A DNA stretch of 59,341 nt, counting the filler, from Platydemus manokwari (Eukaryota): assembly GCA_037951405.1 (NCBI GenBank). It is 5 parts of 5 records of this genome, joined end to end, with 100 filler letters (N's around TTAATTAATTAA, not from the genome) between each part and the next. Parts side by side here need not be neighbours in the genome. Positions count along the whole stretch, not along the records: positions 48,719 to 59,341 come from JBBMOY011118774.1; 4 more parts are not named here. One strand, written 5' to 3'. The notes beneath the pieces were generated by a model that was not told where the DNA came from, did no database searches, and worked only from the letters and a program-made list of their open reading frames with translations. Below are positions 54,700-59,341 of this stretch, one piece after another. A program made the translations under genes and the position numbers. Every line of letters starts with the position of its first letter. Position 1 is the first letter of the stretch.

Positions 54700-56660
54700 C
54701 AATAGTACAAATCCGTTAGATCAAAGAAAATACCAGACTTTAAACACGCCACCTACATAAATATAATTTTAAAAAAGTTTATAATCGTTTGTTTAAATAA
54801 TTTTGAGTATTGTGGGATTTATATTTGGTGGTAAACGTACACCACATCAAAATATTATTTATTGTTGTTTACAAGCAGTTCAGAAAAAAAACTGTCTTAC
54901 AAATAGTCAAAAGTTTTATAGATTTTAAGTGACGTAGATTTCACATAAACGACACTTTCTCTTGTGGTTTAAAGAACTAGAATGATTTTTTTCTATAACT
55001 TCCTGGTCTGATATTTTATCGTGATCTTCTTCAGACTGTCAGTATACTCACATTATATATATATGTGTGTTTGTGTAAATCACGATGTCCTTAAATTTTA
55101 GGCCTTCTTAAACTTGTGCATCAAGCTGGATGACCTATCAAAACAAGACTGATCAACCCAAGTATTAAAACTATGTACTCAACGACCAAAACTCAACATG
55201 ATAGTATGGTTGTTAGTATTCATTTAATAAAAGTATGTCATGCCCTCGAGGACAGGAAAACTATTTTCTCTGTCAAATATCCATTAAATCTATTTTCTTT
55301 CCAACAATAACAATAATAATCTTACGAACTTTACGTACTCTGTCAATAAAAATCTTTACAGCGTCTTCAATTTTCACTTCAATTTGCATGGGTTGTCTTT
55401 ATGTTATTGAGTTTCCATTGATAATGCTGAAATAAGATAATTATTTTACATAAATCGGATTTATAACACCAAGACAAAATTATATTATCGAATGCCCTTA
55501 TCATGTTCTTAAGTTTCTCACCAGTATCACATTTGGTTGTTCTCACTGTATACTTTATTCTATCTTCATCTGTATATTGTTTCAAAATTTTCGATGAATT
55601 CAATGATTTTAAATACTTGCACCTGAAGACCAAAAGTATTCAAAAAACCTGTCAATGAAATGTAAGAAATTGAAAATTTAAATCTAACTTGTTTAAATAA
55701 TTGTTCTTAAATAGATAACTTGTTATCGTGACTTTTCAGCTCTTTTTCAATGTGTGCTTTCTAAAATCGTAGCGGCTTACAAAAAGCATTGCATATTATT
55801 GAACTACGTTGTACTGAATCTAGTTAACTACATAATTGTTTTAAAATTTACCTTCTGATCCAAATTTTGTTCCTCTTAGTTAGATAAAATACAAGTTTAA
55901 GTTTTATCTTACAATTATTCCTATAATCTCTCCTTTTTTGGTTTTAGTACTCTTCTAGTAATTTGATTCATTTGACACGATAATTTTCCTCACACAGAAT
56001 TAATGTGATGTTCTGTCAATATCGTCACTGTTTCGGATAAACTTGGTGTTTATAATTGATTCTACCTGTGATCATCATTCAAAATTTGATTTCTAACTGA
56101 TTGACTTACCTTTAAATTGACTTTCCTTTTAACCAAAGATATTCTGTCTCATTGTCGATTTCGCAACCTGCAAACAGCAGTCTATTTGAGCAGCTTTGAT
56201 ATTCTGATAATGCAGCTCTTGACTAGATAACCTCTTCTCAAGAATCTTGCTTGTAAATGTGATTTCCAAAATATTTTATTATTAATATATTTAATGAAAT
56301 ATCCTTCATTATAATTCAATTGGTCACAATTCGATTCATAAAATTGAATTATTTAAACATTTCTTGCACTTACCAAAACAAACATTAGTACTGCTATCAA
56401 TACAAGTGGCCCCAAAACCATTATGAAATGATGGTTTACATAAAAAATGCCAATGGGTATTTTTAAGGGTTCGGAGTCTTAAAACAATTTCATATCGCTT
56501 AAATTTCTCTCGGTAAAGTCAACGGTTAATATGAAATAATTGCAACATCAGTGTTGAAAAGAATTTAAAGAATTCTCATTTAATTATTAACACATTGTTA
56601 AATCCACAAAGAATCCTTCAAAAACATCTTCAAACCACTTCTGAGAAAACTCATTAGTCT
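54700..56660 (-). pseudogene. Possible decayed multi-exon receptor-type protein tyrosine phosphatase (copy 1)
   Basis: Order on the minus strand: SEPLKI, TM-like FIMVLGPLVLIAVLMFVL (~56430-56374), juxtamembrane ELHYQNIKAAQ..ETEYLWLK, RY*QNI..EENYRVK, YTVR..GEK..IRAF..SW, KIFIDRVRKV. Short GTAAG..CAG introns at 56066-56109 and 55270-55325. No recognisable HCxxGxxR motif; several stops and frameshifts. Confidence 0.35.
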
Positions 56661-57850
56661 GTTATAAATAAATATTTTTTCATATATTTCAATAGTCAAA
56701 CAGATTTTGGCTAAATCGAACCATTTTTATTTATTTATCCTTTATAAATTATTGATAGCTTCATTTCAAATTTACTTTTTAAAATGAAAGTAATTTGTGA
56801 ATGGCGAATTAAAAATCCAAATCTAATTTTTGTTTCACTTCTGATTTATAAATTTTTTATTAGTTTTATTGTTAAATAGACTTACCGTACCATACATAAA
56901 TGTAATTATTTATTTTAATTGATATAGAAATCGATTGGTAAATCTTTTTTTATTTAATAACCCCAGAAAAAGTATTGTTTTGATTAATTAAATAATAGGT
57001 TGTAAATTGCGGAATAAACAGAGTTTTCCAGACATTTGAAATTTTAGATGACATAACATAAATATTTAAAAATTAATTTTCCAAATAAATACTCTCCGTA
57101 TATACCTTAAGTAAAAGTTTATCATCTGTATAACTTATGAAACATTGATTTAAAGTTTGATTTCGTTTAGAATTCTGAAAAATACAGCCCAACCTAAAAA
57201 ATAAATTAAATCAACATGTTTAATTTGTTCATAGTCCTGTTTAATTAATATCATTAAATCTTTCATCACATCCAATAATCTATTGCTTTTTGAAATGTCA
57301 AAATTCATTTTAAAATCACAATATCAAAAAAGTTATAGCTTAATAAAGTTGAATTTATAAGTTTTAATCAAATTTTTAGTTGTTCAACAAATTGTAAAAT
57401 AGTGGTAGTTTAATTTTAATTAGGTACGTATATTTACATTTTCAAAACTAAATTTCTCAATTCAAGGTTATATTTCAGTTTGTTATAAATTCATAAATTT
57501 ATCTCATTGATGTAATGAAAATGTAAGATGGGTTGACACAAAAATTGTCAAAAGAAAATTTATAAAATTTCAGATAAGCCTGTGATATTTCGTAAAGTCT
57601 CATTGTATTGTGAAACCAATTCAGGGCAAAATTGAGATTTTTAATGTTAAAATTATAATTTCCGATCTTACAGGAAATCAAATGTTAGAACAGATGATTT
57701 CATTTAAATTTTACTGATCATATTATCGTTGTTCTCCACTCAGCATCGAAAAAAGGCAATTGGGAATTATCATCCATTGAGTACTTTTATTTAATATAAC
57801 AATTCACAAACTATGTGTTTCGCGCTGGTGTTTAAAACATGTTTTACAAT

Positions 57851-57904
57851 TTACAAATACACACACACACACATATATATATGTGTGTGTGTGTATATTT
57901 GTAA
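57851..57904. repeat. Palindromic (AC)n(AT)n(GT)n microsatellite with complementary flanks
   Basis: ttacaaat-(ac)7-(at)5-(gt)6-at-atttgtaa forms a near-perfect hairpin. Confidence 0.85.
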
Positions 57905-59341
57905 GTAAATATATACTATTATTGATTTCTAGAGTAGAACACATTAATCTGGGATTATTTTTAAAATAATACAATACATCTCAAATTCAATACAGTGGCT
58001 AGGTTCATTCTTATCAACAGTCACAATCGCTTATGTTTAACTTTGCTTATTTTCATGTGTGTTTACAATTCACCATCCTTTGAAATTTACGATTTTTTAT
58101 GATGGTAATTATCCACTCTGTGTTTATTAATTGTGTGAGTGTGTTTTTCAATGAATAACATTTTTTGGTTCGTCTTGATTTTTATTAGGCATTGAGTGTG
58201 TTGTGCATTGGTGCAAGCATCGTGGTTATAGTTGGTAAAATAAGAATTCCAAGCTGTAAATATTTGTTATGTATTGTAGCACTCTCCCATACTTCCACAA
58301 TAATATTGATAAGTAATTCAAAAGTTTGAAGATATATTATAATCATTATAACGAATTAAAAAGCATTATACTTGAAACAAAAACAATTTTTCTCAAAGCT
58401 AGCTAATATCTACTAAATGGTATCACTGAAGTCTGATTTTCTACTCTTGAATATGTAAATACAGCTAGTCAAACTTGTTTGTTAATAATAATTAAAATGT
58501 ATTTATTCACACATTTATTTTAATTAAAAATATTTAAATTTCGTTTTAAATATAATTTTATTATCATTTTTTTCTCTTTAGGTGAACATATCAATCTCTA
58601 TCATTTTGTTTAGAATATAGAATGAGCAAAACAAAATAAACCTATTTTAATTTTCAATCTAGAACTAGTCTTAATAATTGAAGGATTTGAAGTTATTTTT
58701 GCAAAAGCCAATTTTTAAATCAATTATGAGTTTTTCAAAATTTTCAAAATTCACTGAAATAAAAAATAAATAAACATTAATTTATGTTTATATTTTATCT
58801 TTTAAGTGTTTTAAGTGTTTCAATGATGGACCAGGTTAAATATATTTACATGATTTCAACCAGCGTTGGTGGTCAATGAATTTCTTTATATATAACATGG
58901 CAATACTAATGTCATTATTATTATTGCTTTTATATTCTATTTATATGAACTCCTATCAAAATATTCAACACGAAATTCAAACTATGAAAATTAACACAAG
59001 ACTTTATTTCTTTGATATTATGACTCAAACATTGACAAAAATTATGTTTTCATGACGCTTAGTATAAATTTTATTGGAAAAATTATCGCAAATAAAAATA
59101 TTTAAACTTAAGTACCTATATCTATAAAACAGCTAATTCTCAGATTACAAAAATCCAAAACACTTCATTAAAAAATCAATATAATGCATTGACAATATAA
59201 TTTCAAAATTTTTCAATATTATTTGTTTTTATTTATTCACGTATTTTAAATTTGAACTATTTGAAGTTTTGGTTTGAATAAATTTTAATTTCATTATTAA
59301 ATTTAATGAATCATTGTCATAATATAACCATGTGAGTAAAT

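Noticed and set aside
55960-56065. Several in-frame TGA codons readable as Trp (mitochondrial-type code or NUMT)
   Set aside because: The same frame also contains TAA, is bounded by spliceosomal introns, and shows no similarity to mitochondrial genes.

Overview
Very AT-rich eukaryotic (metazoan, invertebrate-like) genomic DNA, not prokaryotic. The window is five unrelated scaffolds joined by artificial 100-nt spacers (44 N + TTAATTAATTAA + 44 N), so adjacency across spacers has no biological meaning. The one clearly conserved gene is the 3' part (7 exons, 27344-33045, +) of a WAPL cohesin-release factor. There is also an intact, intronless 521-aa orphan ORF (4213-5778) with ~55-aa acidic repeats and a basic C-terminus bearing two SxIP motifs, next to an inverted, deleted pseudocopy. 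The rest is a transposon and pseudogene graveyard: a Gypsy integrase relic, a Tc1/mariner deletion derivative with TIRs, a frameshifted mariner transposase, an R2-superfamily (Utopia/NeSL-like) non-LTR relic with a structured 5' region, a degenerate Penelope-type hammerhead ribozyme, microsatellites, and decayed minus-strand genes that resemble Ig/FN3 receptor and receptor-type tyrosine phosphatase pseudogenes. All assignments come from manual translation and motif recall; no searches were run.
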